Part shown: positions 25,001-38,304 of the stretch, piece after piece | Layout of the letters: the number at the start of each line of letters is the position of its first letter | How positions within the stretch are numbered: the stretch's first letter is position 1 | DNA from: Raillietiella orientalis | Lineage: Eukaryota | Length of the DNA: 64,000 bases | Assembly (NCBI GenBank): GCA_036172245.1 | Contig: JAYWIR010000024.1 | Location: 1 to 64,000, forward strand | Reading direction: 5' to 3' | Program-made: the position numbers and the translations under genes | Notes under the pieces: generated by a model | What the model saw: the letters and a program-made list of their open reading frames with translations, nothing else | Database searches by the model: none | What the model was told of the DNA's origin: nothing

Positions 25001-28000
25001 CGGGGATGGGGATCCCCCGGGATGGGGTCCGCCCTATTGAATCCAGGAAGGGCTCGGAGTCCGTTCCTCTCACGCTTGGGGAGGGATCCCCCCCAGACGG
25101 GGGGATCTCACCTCCCACCCTGGTTGTCTCCGAAGGGGAACCCCGAAGGGAATCTCGTTCCTCATTCTCTCCGGAGGGACGCGCCCCGCAATGTGGGGTG
25201 GTCCTCTCCATTTTAACTTCTCCCAAGGGAACCCGGAAAGGATCCTCTTGTAGGACTTTCTTCTCCGGAGGGAACCTGCAAGGGAACCGCTCCTTTTCAC
25301 TACTCTGAAGAGAACCCCGAAGGGACGCTTCCGAAACTCAGAAGGGGCGCTGCTGCTTCCCGAATGGGGATGTTTTCGCTTGCTTCCTTGCACTCTTCTG
25401 GAGAGGCGACGACTCGGAGGGACCCCTCAACAGGGGGGGGGGTCCGCTCCTTTGAACAACTGGAGAGGTGCCCGTGAGGGCTCCTGCTACATCTTGAAAC
25501 CGGAGGCGGTCCCCCGGTGATGGGGGTCCGCTCTCCGTTGCACGACCGGAGGAGGAACTCCCCACTCCTTTATTCCTGGGAGGACCCGAAGGTCGACTCC
25601 CATTGTTCCGGCCTTCATCGGGAGGCCTCCGGGCTTTATCCACCGCCAGGGCCATGCCCGAATGTCTCGGCCAACCAGCTCCATCTTGCAGGAGAAACTC
25701 GGAACCCAACGACGCAGTGGCGTCAGTTATCTGCCGAAGTATTCGAACCCGCGACGCATGGTGCCACGCGCGGAAGCCTTAACCACAAAGCCTCCGACGC
25801 GGGCAGATTGTCTTTTTTTTTTCGGGGAATCCCGTAAGTCAAAGTCCGCCAAGGAGCCTAAGGAGTCAAAGTAGTTTGAATCTCGTCATCAACGTCATTT
25901 CTCGGTTTTGTGTTGATTTCCAATGGGAATGGGATTGGGATTTTGTTCCCGTGGGAATGGGATTTTGTTCTAAATTTGAAACTGAGCCACCTTGCTCATA
26001 CTGTTCTCAATCGGCCATCGCTATAGGCGTTAGAGCAACACATTGGAATTTCTTTTTGCAACATCGTAGCCCACAGAATTTTTGTTTTGTTTGCCGCCAC
26101 AACCGCATCCCCTAGCCAGGAATACGGACACTGATTATTCAATCTACTCACAATACGAAATGGAGAATGTGGTTCACCGCAATTGCTTTTCTTCTCGTAC
26201 CATTTCCAAGCACGAATCACATGTCAATGCGTCAAAAGACGCATTGCACTAACGAGCTAGCTTCCTTGGTATCCAGATGGATGCTCTCTCTGTGGACTTC
26301 TTAATCGAGAATCTACCACCGTAGCTAAACGAGAAATTCTATTTCGAAAATGCTCTGCGGCATGCGGCACAGATTCGTGGCCATTCAACTCGATCCCAGT
26401 CAACCCTTTGACTTCAACAACCTAAATGTCAACAGATGTCAACCTAAATCAACCAACAGATGACTGCAAAGAAACAAACCTTGTTGAGTGGCAACACCGA
26501 AACTTTCACATTCAAGTGACTGATTCTATTCCACACCGAGTACCCATTTGTTGGCTTTAGTTCCTTCCTTTTTCTAGAGCTGCCATCTGCCTTCTAATCA
26601 TGCTCTTTACATCCCATTTTGTACATATGTCTGCCTCAATACCGCTCACAGAATCAGAAAGCTCATGGTAAACACCATCTCCTCTTCACTGTCCATGTTC
26701 CATCAATCCACCCTCCACCAGATATTCCATCTTACTACATCCATCACCATCCACCTATAGAAACCTTAGTCCCCAGGACTTTGACTATCCCTACATAAAG
26801 GTCCTCTGTGCATTTACAACTATAATGAAATCAAAAACCATTAGCATTAACTTTGATGACTCCTCAAATGCCCTTTCAATCAACATCTTCATTGCCCTAT
26901 TTTTCATCATTATCTAAAATCAATCCACATTTGTCCCATAAATATTTCCATCTGCTCATTTCCTTACATCCTTCTATTTTCACTTTCAATGCAAGCTTGC
27001 TGAAGCATTCAAGGTTCATATCACTTACCAATCTACATACCCTGACCCTGTGTCTTTTCTTCTACTTTTCGAAACCTTAACATCCTCATTCAACGGATAT
27101 CCCTCTGAGAATCAGTCACATGTGACCACATTACCTGGCATATATGTCCAAATTGTTACAATCTCAAATACCTCTAGTAATCTCATCACTATCCCTCTCA
27201 AGCATATCCCTAAAATCAGCCATAGTTCCCATCCAAACTTACAACTTCACTAACAGAACCCGCATGTACATGAAAATATCCATGCAATACCAATCCACCA
27301 ACCATTCCTCCTTCACCAATGCACATCCATGATTCATCCTTCATTCTCTTAAGCACCATTCATACCCCTCTCTCCAACCTGTTTACGCATGCAATCAGCA
27401 CTCAACATACACTCTTCAGGGTATCTACATTGGTAAGTTGAGTGGAAAAGAAAGAATTGAAACGAGAGTATGGATTTCCGAGCACCCTTTGCACAAAAAT
27501 AAAAACTTTCCAATTTCCAATCATTGCATTTATTTTCTCAGAAAGCTTCTAACTCGTTTTCATCTTCTGCCAATTTCTTCCCAGGTGAGATTCACCCACA
27601 ACTCAACTTTTCCTCAAACTCTCTTGATGAAACCACACTACACACCTTAGCAGCACCCCACCTCGACACAATTTTTCTCGTGGGAACAAATACTGTGGCG
27701 AAAAGTCCGTGTTTCCTTTTATTCAAAAAAGGTGTTCCTTTTTCGTCGACTTCCCTAATCATTACCATCCCCATTTGTCTCCTATTCACGAGAATCTTTC
27801 CTGCTTAAATTCTCCATTACATCACCTCTTTTTGTTGACGCAACATTCCATGGTCTTCACCCGATTGCTTGCCTTATCCGACTCCCTATTTCAAATTCTC
27901 ACTTCACTGCCTCCATCTTCCTTTTGATACGGACACTTCACAGGTGTTCCGTACGGATTCCTCTTCCTCATCCTGTACCGACGATCATACCCTTCTGGCA

Positions 28001-29849
28001 TATAGGGTGCAAATAAATTTCCACTATATAGCAATAAGCAGCAATTCTTTCCGAGCAACCTCGCACGACACATGAAAATAATGACCGAGGAACGAATACC
28101 GTTCATTCGAAATGGGACCATTCGTTCGTTCCGCTGCACCATCCTCAGTTTCGTGGCACACGGCCTATTGCTCCGATCAGTCACTATCAACGCTGTGCTG
28201 CATCCGCAACACCGGAAGAAAAATCTCTCGCATGCCAACTAAATTGTGGTTCAATCAATCACGCTTGTTTGGAGCAAACCGATTTTTACCCATTATCACC
28301 GAATTATTAGACAATGCTCCTACTGCTAAGCTTCATTGAACGAAAGAAATTCGAAAACTCTGCTGCTTTAGATAATGAGTTGACCATCCCATTTCTCCCT
28401 CAAGGAACTGTCTTCTATCCAAGTTTCACTCACTACTAATCTTTCTACAGAAGTGCAGACGTAATGATTGCACATCCATACTCTACATAGAATGCCAGAC
28501 CAGTTCGGACTCGTCCTCTGCTAAAGCATCCACGCCTAAGCACAAATTTTCTCGGCTGCAGAGTCGACAGTGCAAATCCATGATTGCCAGCTCTTCCCTG
28601 ACCCGCCTCGCGCTCATAGAAGAAACGCCCTTCCTTTTCAAGAGCACACAAACAATATTCAGCCCTATTCTTTTCCTACCCACTCTCCTACCTTCAGAAC
28701 GAAACACGTGCATATCATTCGCAACGTAACTAGAAGACCCAATTTCTATCGAATCTGATTACGACCAGGCAGTTCATAATTTCCCTTACCTAGCAACTCT
28801 CCTTCCTCCCTTGGGGGCTGCACAGGCTCCATCCTTCCCTCAGGTTCTCCCATTCTCCATCGCACCCTCCCTTGAATTCAGCGCTGAGCAAAATAACATT
28901 GGTCTCGGTCAATACGATACCATGGTCACCACGCAAACCCGTCGCATCACTATCAACACGTTTCACAATCGTTCGTAACTAAAAAATTTCCCATCTTCCC
29001 AATCCTTTCGTGATGAAAAAGTATCTCACCAGCTCAAAGTGAAAAACCGTTTGCTTTATACCGATCTCCTTTCTAATCAGGCAGGATCCTTAGTTGAAGA
29101 AATCTTCCATGCGGCAAGCCTACCTAAGCAATTGAGCATCGAGGTCGCAATTCTCGACAGCAATCGCTACTCTTCCGTTGTATTACGTTGCCATTTTATG
29201 GTTATTCTTTTTTCTCTTCTTCTTGGTCACCGCTGCACGGCGACTAACGTCTAAACCATGCAGATGCGTTCTTCATTCTGTGTCACAGACAACGTGCTCC
29301 ACGAGCTTCAGGTGAAGTTCCAGGGGCATGTTATTTTCGACACACAATGTGTTGTTCCAGTTTGCAGAGTACTTGAGAGTGGGAAAAAGCTCACTGTCAG
29401 TGTTTCTCTAAAATACATCATATCAAAAATATGAAAGGAAACTGCTCCACGAATTGCAGTCTTTCACCCACGCTACCAAATGGATATGACGTCCTTATGC
29501 TGCAGCAACGCAATCGAGGTACCGCCGGAGTTTCTTCAGAGACCGAGCAGACGTTACCTTACACCACACATCAGAAGACTGTCGTCCAAAAGTAAGAAAA
29601 TGGTGCAGTGCACTTTTGCTGAATTGCTTTTCACATCCTCACTTCACTACTTCTTGTTTCCTCAAATCTCTTTAACGGTAGCGTCCTTCCACCTAATCCA
29701 TTCAAAAGTAGAAACCACATTCGCGATGAGATAAGCATACATCCGAATTAAGTATCGATCTTCCCTCAAATGAGCATACATAAGTTTCAAAGAATTCCCT
29801 CAAAGAATCCAAGGAAATTGCGCTTCAGTTTCCAAGTGGAAAAACAACA

Positions 29850-31653
29850 AGTAAGATTTCGCAACACGTCTGCGATGAAGAATCTTCCTCACTTACCCGC
29901 GTGGTCACGGTACAACTCTCGACGAGACTGTTCTGTACCAGACCGGAGTGCGGCATGACCTCTTCCACAAGAAAAGCCCTGCGAAACCATGTCGGGTCCG
30001 ACGGCAACGAACGGAGACGCCGCAACCTGCCAACGGAAAGAGAATGGCCACGGAGGAAGCCCCGTCCATTAATATACTCATTAATGGATGGGTCAAGAAG
30101 AAAGACAAGAAAGCAGCGGACAAGCCAGAAGATGAGAGGGAAGAGAGCACTTCAGTTGGAATACCACCCGCGATGCCCCAACTAGAAGAAGAGGAGGAAG
30201 GAGGGCTTTTTGGCAATGTGGAAGCAATTGTAGACCCTCTGATCGAACATGCACTAAAGGAAGACACGGAAAAGAAGCAAAGACAACCTGCTCCCATCGA
30301 CTGCAAAGTACGGTATAATAATTGCCCTCTCCTCCTGGGACAGCTTCCCCTAGCCACGGTCGCTCAGGAGAGCCAGTGAGAACAGCCATCATCAGAAAAC
30401 ACGAGCAAAACAGCAGCAATATAAGAGATATGCGAAACCAAGCAGGAAAGAAAAATGGACGCAAAGACCGAATTATTCCATGAAATTCAACAAAGAAAGA
30501 ATCCATCTCCAGAAGATCCTGGATGGAGAAGGGCCTCGCTGAGGAGATCGTCCATCCAGGAACTCTACAATATGAACGGAAGAGCAGTTCGAGCCATTCT
30601 AGGTCAGCAGGACCAAACTTGCAAGTTAGAGCTTGAGACGGTAAAAGAGCATTTTGAAAAGGAGTTGGAAATACAGATCAGACCAAGGACTTCCCTGGAC
30701 GGTACTGCGGAGAAGAAGCCAGGCAGCATCTGCAATAGACCTATCTCCATTTAAGCAAAGATGCTCACCACAATGCTTAACGAATTTTGAACGGATTTCG
30801 TCGAATTCCAGAAACAAGAGTGGAAGTGCGTTGCTGGACAGAAAACAGAACGTTGTCCCACATACTGAATAGATGCAAGGGACCGGTTCCTTTGTCCGTG
30901 GCACGCCACGACGCGGCTCAGGAGATTATCAGAAAGGCCGCAGTGCATGAAGCAAAGTGGAGTCTTGTGTAAAGAAACCAGAGAGTACCAGAGAGCAACT
31001 TCCACCTTAGAACCGGATCGGGTCATGAAAAGAGGAAACTAAACATGTGTGCTAGACGTCTGCTGTCCACATGAGAATGGAAAAGAGGCGTTCAGCACAG
31101 ACAGGAGGATGCAGGAAGGAAAACACAAGGACGTAGCAGTACAGCTGGGAAAAGGTGGAAATGAAAGCAAAGTACACGCGTTCATCGTTGGCTCTCTGAA
31201 GGCGTGGTATTATCCTGGTAATGAAGAAGTATTACAAGATCCGGGAATGCCAAAGAAGAAGCTGGTGGAACGGAGGCACCGGACGGCAGCCGGTGCCTAC
31301 GCGGTTCTCGAGTGAGATCTATGCCGTCCACATCGTAAGGAAAACATCCAGCCAGCCGGAGAATCCAGACAGTCTTTTCTCACCATACGAAAGCCAGGGA
31401 GTGGAGGATGGGAGCACCCTGAAGAAGAGTGAAGAGTGCCCCAAGTGGACAGAGAAAAAAGTGTGAACGATAGTCCAGAGCCCTTCTGCATCAGAAATCG
31501 AGTTCATGTCTTCGGGGTGGTCAAACACTTTGCATTTTTCCATTCGTTTGCTGAAGCGTCGTTCCCGTGAATCCATTCAGGGAATCCGTTGTTCCAGGCA
31601 CGGAAGATGGAGGCTCAGGAAGTCTCTCCTCTACCCGAAATGACGGTTCGAAC

Positions 31654-31695
<42 letters not shown>
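29850..31695 (+). mobile_element. NeSL/R2-superfamily (restriction-like endonuclease) non-LTR retrotransposon lacking RT, with poly(A) tail
   Basis: N-terminal C2H2-like CTRPECGMTSSTRKALRNH; IQELY...RAVRAILG...C...EHF; TLSHILNRC...RHD; EPD...LDVCCPHENG...FIVGSLKAW..PGN. A39 at 31657-31695. The 5' boundary is approximate. Confidence 0.8.
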
Positions 31696-31697
<2 letters not shown>

Positions 31698-31907
31698 AAA
31701 AATCCTCTATTTGATGTTACTGAAACGCCAAAGAAAAGCACCCCAAAAGTCAAAAGCAATATTATTCAAGGAAAAAGAAAAAACATACAATCAAAACACA
31801 AATAATGTTCGAAAGAGAAAACAAAGCTATTATTGCAGGGAATTCTTCTCTTGGCAGAGAACATAATTTTCGTCTCCTTCGATTTTGATTTGAAGCAGCT
31901 ATGGATT

Positions 31908-33218
31908 CTATTGAATGATTTCGTATACTAATTTCACGGGTTTTGGTGGACTCGATGAAATCTGGAAGGTTTTTTCAGCCCATTCATAAAGCATATCTCC
32001 AATATCACGATTGGTATATAATGTCATAACGACTTCGCCGGCTTCCACTTTTTCACCGGTCTTTTTATTTAGATAAATTCCTGCCATATGATCAATTGCT
32101 TCTTCTTTTGTGTTTCTGCCCGCACCTAAACCAACTGCTAGTAATCCGAGTTCATTCGTATCAACTATTTCAACGTACCCTGTTGTTTTAGCTTGAATTT
32201 CAATTTTCTTTTCAGTATTTAACATTAAATCAAGATTATCCACATGATCCAATAAAGATAAATCTCCACCTTGCTCTTTGATAAAGTTCATAAAATATTC
32301 CAGTGGTTCCTTTGTTTTCAATTTAGCTTCACATGCCTTAAATGCTTCATCCAAATCATTATATTTTTCACTCTGACACAAACTTAGTGCTGCTGATTCA
32401 CACACAATACTATGCAAATCTTCAGATCCATTCCCCTGTAAAGTTTTCACAACTTCATAGATTTCAATTGCGTTTCCAATTGCCCGACCCAACGGTTGAT
32501 CCATATTAGTAATTTGAGCTGCAATTTTTTTATCAAAATGTTTCCCAATTCCAACCATGATCTGTGCCAGTTGTTTTGCTTCAGGGACTGATTTCATAAA
32601 TGCCCCCTTTCCACATTTAACATCCAAAACAATTCCTTCACTACCTGTGGCAATTTTCTTACACATGATACTTGCAGCCATCAATGGAATTGAATTCACA
32701 GTTGCACTTGCATTTCTTAGAGCATAAATCTTTTTGTCTGCTGGAACAATGTTGCTTGATTGAGCCATAATTGACATATTCACTTTATTAATAATCCGTT
32801 TGAATTCTTCAAATGAAATTTCTACTTGAAAACCTTTGAAGCTTTCTAATTTATCAACTGTTCCTCCAGTGTGGCCTAAACCACGGCCAGACATTTTAGT
32901 AACCTTTAAGCCAAAACTAGCTACTAATGGTGCATAGATTAAACTAACTTTATCACCAACACCACCAGATGAATGCTTATCTGCCTTAAATCCTTCAATA
33001 CTTGATAAATCATATGTTTCACCGGATGCAATCATTGCATGTGTTAAATAGGAGATTTCCTTGACTGACATGGATTGAAAATAAACAGCCATCAAAAATG
33101 CTGACATTTGATAGTCTGGAATTTCACCGTTTGTATATCCGTCGATAATATATTTTATTTCTTCCTCTGAAAGTTCTTGTCCATTCTTTTTCATTTCAAT
33201 TAAATCCAACATTCTCAT
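31908..33218 (-). CDS. pdp: Mirror copy of the pyrimidine-nucleoside phosphorylase gene
   Basis: Translation is identical to 15329-16639 in the ORF track. Confidence 0.95.
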   Translation of the reverse strand: MRMLDLIEMKKNGQELSEEEIKYIIDGYTNGEIPDYQMSAFLMAVYFQSMSVKEISYLTHAMIASGETYDLSSIEGFKADKHSSGGVGDKVSLIYAPLVASFGLKVTKMSGRGLGHTGGTVDKLESFKGFQVEISFEEFKRIINKVNMSIMAQSSNIVPADKKIYALRNASATVNSIPLMAASIMCKKIATGSEGIVLDVKCGKGAFMKSVPEAKQLAQIMVGIGKHFDKKIAAQITNMDQPLGRAIGNAIEIYEVVKTLQGNGSEDLHSIVCESAALSLCQSEKYNDLDEAFKACEAKLKTKEPLEYFMNFIKEQGGDLSLLDHVDNLDLMLNTEKKIEIQAKTTGYVEIVDTNELGLLAVGLGAGRNTKEEAIDHMAGIYLNKKTGEKVEAGEVVMTLYTNRDIGDMLYEWAEKTFQISSSPPKPVKLVYEIIQ

Positions 33219-34083
33219 TTTGAGGTTGCTTTTATTTTTGTAGCTGTTCACTTTTTTGTTTTTATTTTGCAATTCTATTTGACGTTGAACCTTGGTTCAG
33301 TCAACAGTGGAAGTTGCCCCTATCGTTCTTTGAATTGGTTTTTTTGGTTTGGCTCTGAACTGAAAAAATCCCTACAGCATTAGATCATTTCCCAGAACAA
33401 TCAAAAGCAAACTTTAATGCTAAATCTGTTTCCCCCATTGATGGACGAGCGTTTCGAATAATACGTTCACCCTTTTGATGACCAGAAGTGATTCCATCTA
33501 AATCATCATCAAATCCACCTGCACTGCCAGTATTAACACTGCCTGAGTTTCCTGACATTCAAATTTGGTTTGATACTTTGTCCACGTCAGCAAGTGATTT
33601 TTTGAATATATTATCTTTCCGATTGAGAGTATCACCCAATTTTTCAGCTTTACTTGCAACCTCTGCAATTGATTGGTTCGAAATGATTTCTTTACTGATT
33701 TCTTCAATTCATCCTTTGAATCTTCGTGATTTTTACTATTTTTATATCAAATCATCATCCAAATCAATCTCCAAGCGAGCATCTCTTGTAGATGATTGAA
33801 ATAAGTAAGTTGGACATTCAATTCTTCCCATTCTATTGAACTCTTTATTTTTCAACATGCAATTACTTCAGGTTGATACACCAATTGCAACTTTGCTGGC
33901 AAACAAGTCACGCAAAAAGCTTTCAAGATGACTCCATAATTCATTACTGTGAAATAATTCATATCTCCATCAGTTGAGATTGGAAAAAATTTCCTCTGCT
34001 GCTGACATTGAATGTGCTGCAAGCGCCAAAATAGTTTGTTCAGCTTCAGCTAAAACATAAAGCTTTTGCACTTTCATTGCCAT
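33219..34083 (-). pseudogene. dnaB: Mirror copy of the dnaB pseudogene
   Basis: Reverse complement of 14464-15328. Confidence 0.88.
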
Positions 34084-37000
34084 TTTGCACCTCCGTTTTC
34101 TCCATCATTACATTTCAAGGTGCAATTACATTATTCCATAATGTAATCTCCAAACGAGAATTCTTCCAATTTCCGTTAAATTATGACTGCATTTAACTCG
34201 TTCCGGAAACCTGTTTGATTTCCGAATCGAGATTTTACGTAAGGAATAATAAAAGGTGAAATAATTCGCTCCCACACCCGAAAAAATTCCAAGAAAACGG
34301 TCTCTTTACTGCACCCATTTTATTAATTTGGACGTGAATAACATAGAACGTTCAGAAGCCTCGAAAAATGAAACGAAATGTTTTCTCGTTTATTTTATTC
34401 GTTTTCATTATGGCAACCTCAAAGGAAGAATGAAAAATCAGTTTTCCCTATGAAAATCGCAAAGATGAAGATATGTTGTTGCTAAGCGACTCCTTCCTGA
34501 TTCTTAGCTACGGTGGAGGATGTTGGTTTTCTTTTTTTCTCCCGAGGGGAATTTCTCTCGTGTTGTTTGGTCTGACGGCTTTTTTCGATGTTTTCGAAAT
34601 AGCCTAACTGATTGTGATCAAATAAGTTGATACTCCTGGTAACCACCGTCTTATCAGGGTGCCATTTTTCCTCGATGGCTTGTGCTCTGGCCCAAACGGA
34701 GAACAGAGTTTCGAGGTCAGAATGGGAAATGCATCCCTTGACGCCCTTCTCTTCCAACAAAATTCCTTCTCCCACTTCTTCTTCTTGTTGAACGTGAAGA
34801 TGTTGAAGTTCTTCTGTGCAGAGTCCGGCAATGTGATCATCTCCTGTGCATCCTCACTTCGAATCCCACAGCTCTACCCAAAGACACAATTTCATTTACA
34901 ACAGACTGTTCTTCACAGCTTTCTATTTCTCCGACTGAAATGCAACCTGGACAGAGGTTTTTCCAAGCAAAAAATTCCATTCTTTCCATGCCTTGTCGAT
35001 GATCGCTAAGCAGTGAAGGATGCTGTGAAGCTCCTTCGCAGAAATTCTTTGAGAGTCAGTTCTGTGTCATGGGTGATTTCAAAGCATTTTCAAAACGTGG
35101 CCTTAGTGTGCGCTGTGTTCAAGTTCGAAATGATTTGCTGGTCCATGGGCTGTGTGAGGGAAGTGCTATTGGCCAGCGAAAACTTTATCTTTATGAAAAT
35201 AGATTCACCCACCGAATGTTACTCGAAATTCGGAGGATGAGCAGGAGCGGCGTCCATCACTCTGATCGGCAAACCATTTTCAGGGAAATGTGAAAAAACG
35301 TTCTCAAAAGGATTAACAAATACGTTTATCATCGATTCACAATAAACAAGGAAACTTTCACACACGCATATGTGCACACATGTATCTTTCTCTATATGTA
35401 TGCTCATACATACGTGTTCATGTATACGTGCATGTATTGCATCACAAGCAGGGAGATGGAAAATGCCATGCCCTCTTGAAGGTCGCATTCGCGCTCCTTA
35501 TGGGACAGCTGGTCGGCGAAATTTTCTCTTCTGTTCTCATTAGCAGAGAAGTCAGCCTCGTTGGCAGTAAACATCGTACGTTAAGTTACGTTCGATCACT
35601 TTCAAAGGAAGCGCAGCAAATTCTCCAAGAACGGCACCTATTGAGCCGGAACAACCGCGTGGGAGAAGCAAAGAACAGCATCTTTCATGAGGCCTTTTCT
35701 CGATTCGTGTAACACCCGAAAGTTCAACCGGTATTCCGGGAACGGGAGTGGTGTCGTTCTCCCGGTCAACTTGAAGTGCAACTCGGACTTTGAGCTCCCT
35801 GAGGAAGCGAGTTCATCCGTGAAGCGAACCTTTGATGGTCTCAACGGCATTCCTGGAAATTTCGTTTCCCACCACTTCTCGCTGTGGCTGGCGCAGCGTT
35901 CCCGTTCGAAGCACCATTTCAAGTGCTTCCGCCATTTCTCATCCGTTTTCGTTTGCAGGAGGAGACAGGGAAGCAGCAAGGGAGTGGAAATGAACCATTT
36001 TCTGGGATTCCTCTTGGTCCAGGCTGGCTGTTTTCACGAAGAAGCCTCTAGGTGAAGCCCTACATCTCATTTGTTGCTGTGCTCTCATGAAGGAATGTTT
36101 GAACGGAATGTGTTTTGGATTTGTCGTTCCCTCTTCCATGAGTGTCTAAAATGCAAGGCTTCTAAACACAGCTCGCAAGTGACCCAATCACCCGCCGAAC
36201 ATTCTGAAATAACTGAAGGATCTTCCGATTCCAACTTTGAATAGATACGAAAATCCTTTCGTTCGATGATAAACTGTGGTTTCTTGTCTTCTTTATTGAT
36301 GGGTGCCTGCGCCGTTATCGCTTCCCATTTCTTTGGAATCGTTTGTGAGCGAAGTAACATCTTGAGGAAAGACGGTGCCAACGCTCATTTCACTGTAATC
36401 TCCAATGCAGAAAGAGCAACATAACCTGTTTCCAAGAGAGCGGGGACACAAAAGTATCCAGACACAGGGGAGGGAGTGCATGGTCTTCGGGGACTAGACT
36501 CAAAAGTTTACTTCACTGAAGGAGTCTTGTTGCCGCAGCACGTGTACTGGTAACATCCACCAACTTACGCACCATCTAGCCTTCAAGGAGGTTGTTCCTG
36601 CCCGCGACGTTGCAGAAAAACTTTTATTTCGCCGCTGTCAAGTGATCCTTCCGCAAACCTGCCTCAGCCAGTCAGTCGCGCTTTAGAGCGTTCAAGTGCC
36701 TGGTTCAAAGTCCGCTCATGTTGTTGGCAGTGGGCGACATCATTTCGCCGAAGTTATGAAGGTGTCTCCGTGCTTCTGGGTGTTGCAAGCGGGCAGGTCG
36801 AAAGGGTTGATTCTGGTGCACGGAGTGGGCAGCGATGATCCTAGTTCGAACGTACAAAAGTGGACAAGAAGTGCGCTAAGGGCCTGTGGGAAGACGGGTA
36901 GCTGTTTCTAGTGCTGGAAGATGCGCATCTCCTCGGACCTTTCTCGTTAGTCTGCCTGCGATCCATCCAACAGTCTTCTACGCTCCAGTCTGCTCCAAGA

Positions 37001-38304
37001 ATGTCCCGGACGCAAGTACCTGTTGAAACCCGCCATCCCGCCAGACATGTTGTCGATTGCTGGAGATCTTGGATTCGTGAGAGACAGCTCTTCGCTCGCC
37101 CCATATTGTGCAGCGTCTTTGCTAGGTCCGTTAAGGAAGCTGACGTAAGAAAGGTGCAATGAAAAAGTTAAAGAAACAAAATAAATAGAAAAGAATTTGA
37201 AGGGGTGGGGTGCAAAAACTGATCATTGTCAGCAGAAGGTGGTCCTCTGCATCCTTTGAAGGATGGCGGCAAGGTGTTGCTGGATATTGCTGTCAAGGTC
37301 TGACCGCTATCCACAGAAAGCGAGGAGCCAAGCGGTTGAGTTCGCATTGTTTCCCGATCCACGACCCTGCGGAGGCAGCAAAGTGCTGCAAGGGCTACGA
37401 CTGGCTTCAGGGCGTCTCGCAAAAAGAGTCAATCATTTCTGGAGTTGATGTCGAGGCTTCCAAGGCTAGCGTGTTTGGTCCGAATGGGACCAAAGGAAAC
37501 AGTCCACTAGCCGGTGAGGAAAAGATTCCAGCTCCCCGCACATTGCACAGTTCGCTTCCACACACTTTCGTGTCCAGTAATGCCGGCGGGCGTTGCACAG
37601 GAGGCCCCAGTGCAGCAGCATTTGCACCGACTCCTGCCACTTCAAGGGGAAGATGCAGGTGTCCAAGAGCACCGGGATGTCTGCAGATCTTTCACCAGAA
37701 TTCCCAGTGTCTCGCTAAAGAGTCGTCGAGGGTGGGCACTCGGGGTCGCAGCGTCCGTTAGCTGGCCCGTCGTCCATTCAACTAGTCATTCTCTTCTTCT
37801 GGAGATTTCGGCACTGACTCCCTATTTCACGGACAGGTTGCTGCCCATATGTTCTCGAAGGGAGAGCAGCAATGCGGCAAGGAAAGTTGGCAAGAGCATC
37901 GATGGCCGCACTCTTCAAGATGATCTTCTCTGGCAGCTTCTCGGTATCTCCTGGATGCCTCTGTATGAGCTTTGACAGTCTGTGAATACCGTGATCGTTG
38001 GTGGGTTCAGCGAGTGAGACGGTGGGATGTATGTAGGCGAAGGGGCAGGGAGCCCCTCTTAGGAAGTGATCCGATTTCTAGGAGAGGGTGACACCTGGGA
38101 GGCGTTCGCACTCGGATGTCACGCGTGGTGAAGAACTGCCGCTCGACTTGTGCGGCACAAAGAGAGGGAAAAAAAGAGGGGGAAGCTGCGAAAAGAGGAT
38201 CAGTTCTCAAGGTCGCGGCGCTCGCCCCACCTCCCTCCGCACCAGCATGGTTTCCGAACATCGCCTGAAGGACGTCGAAAAAGTTACCGCCTATTATTAT
38301 CACG

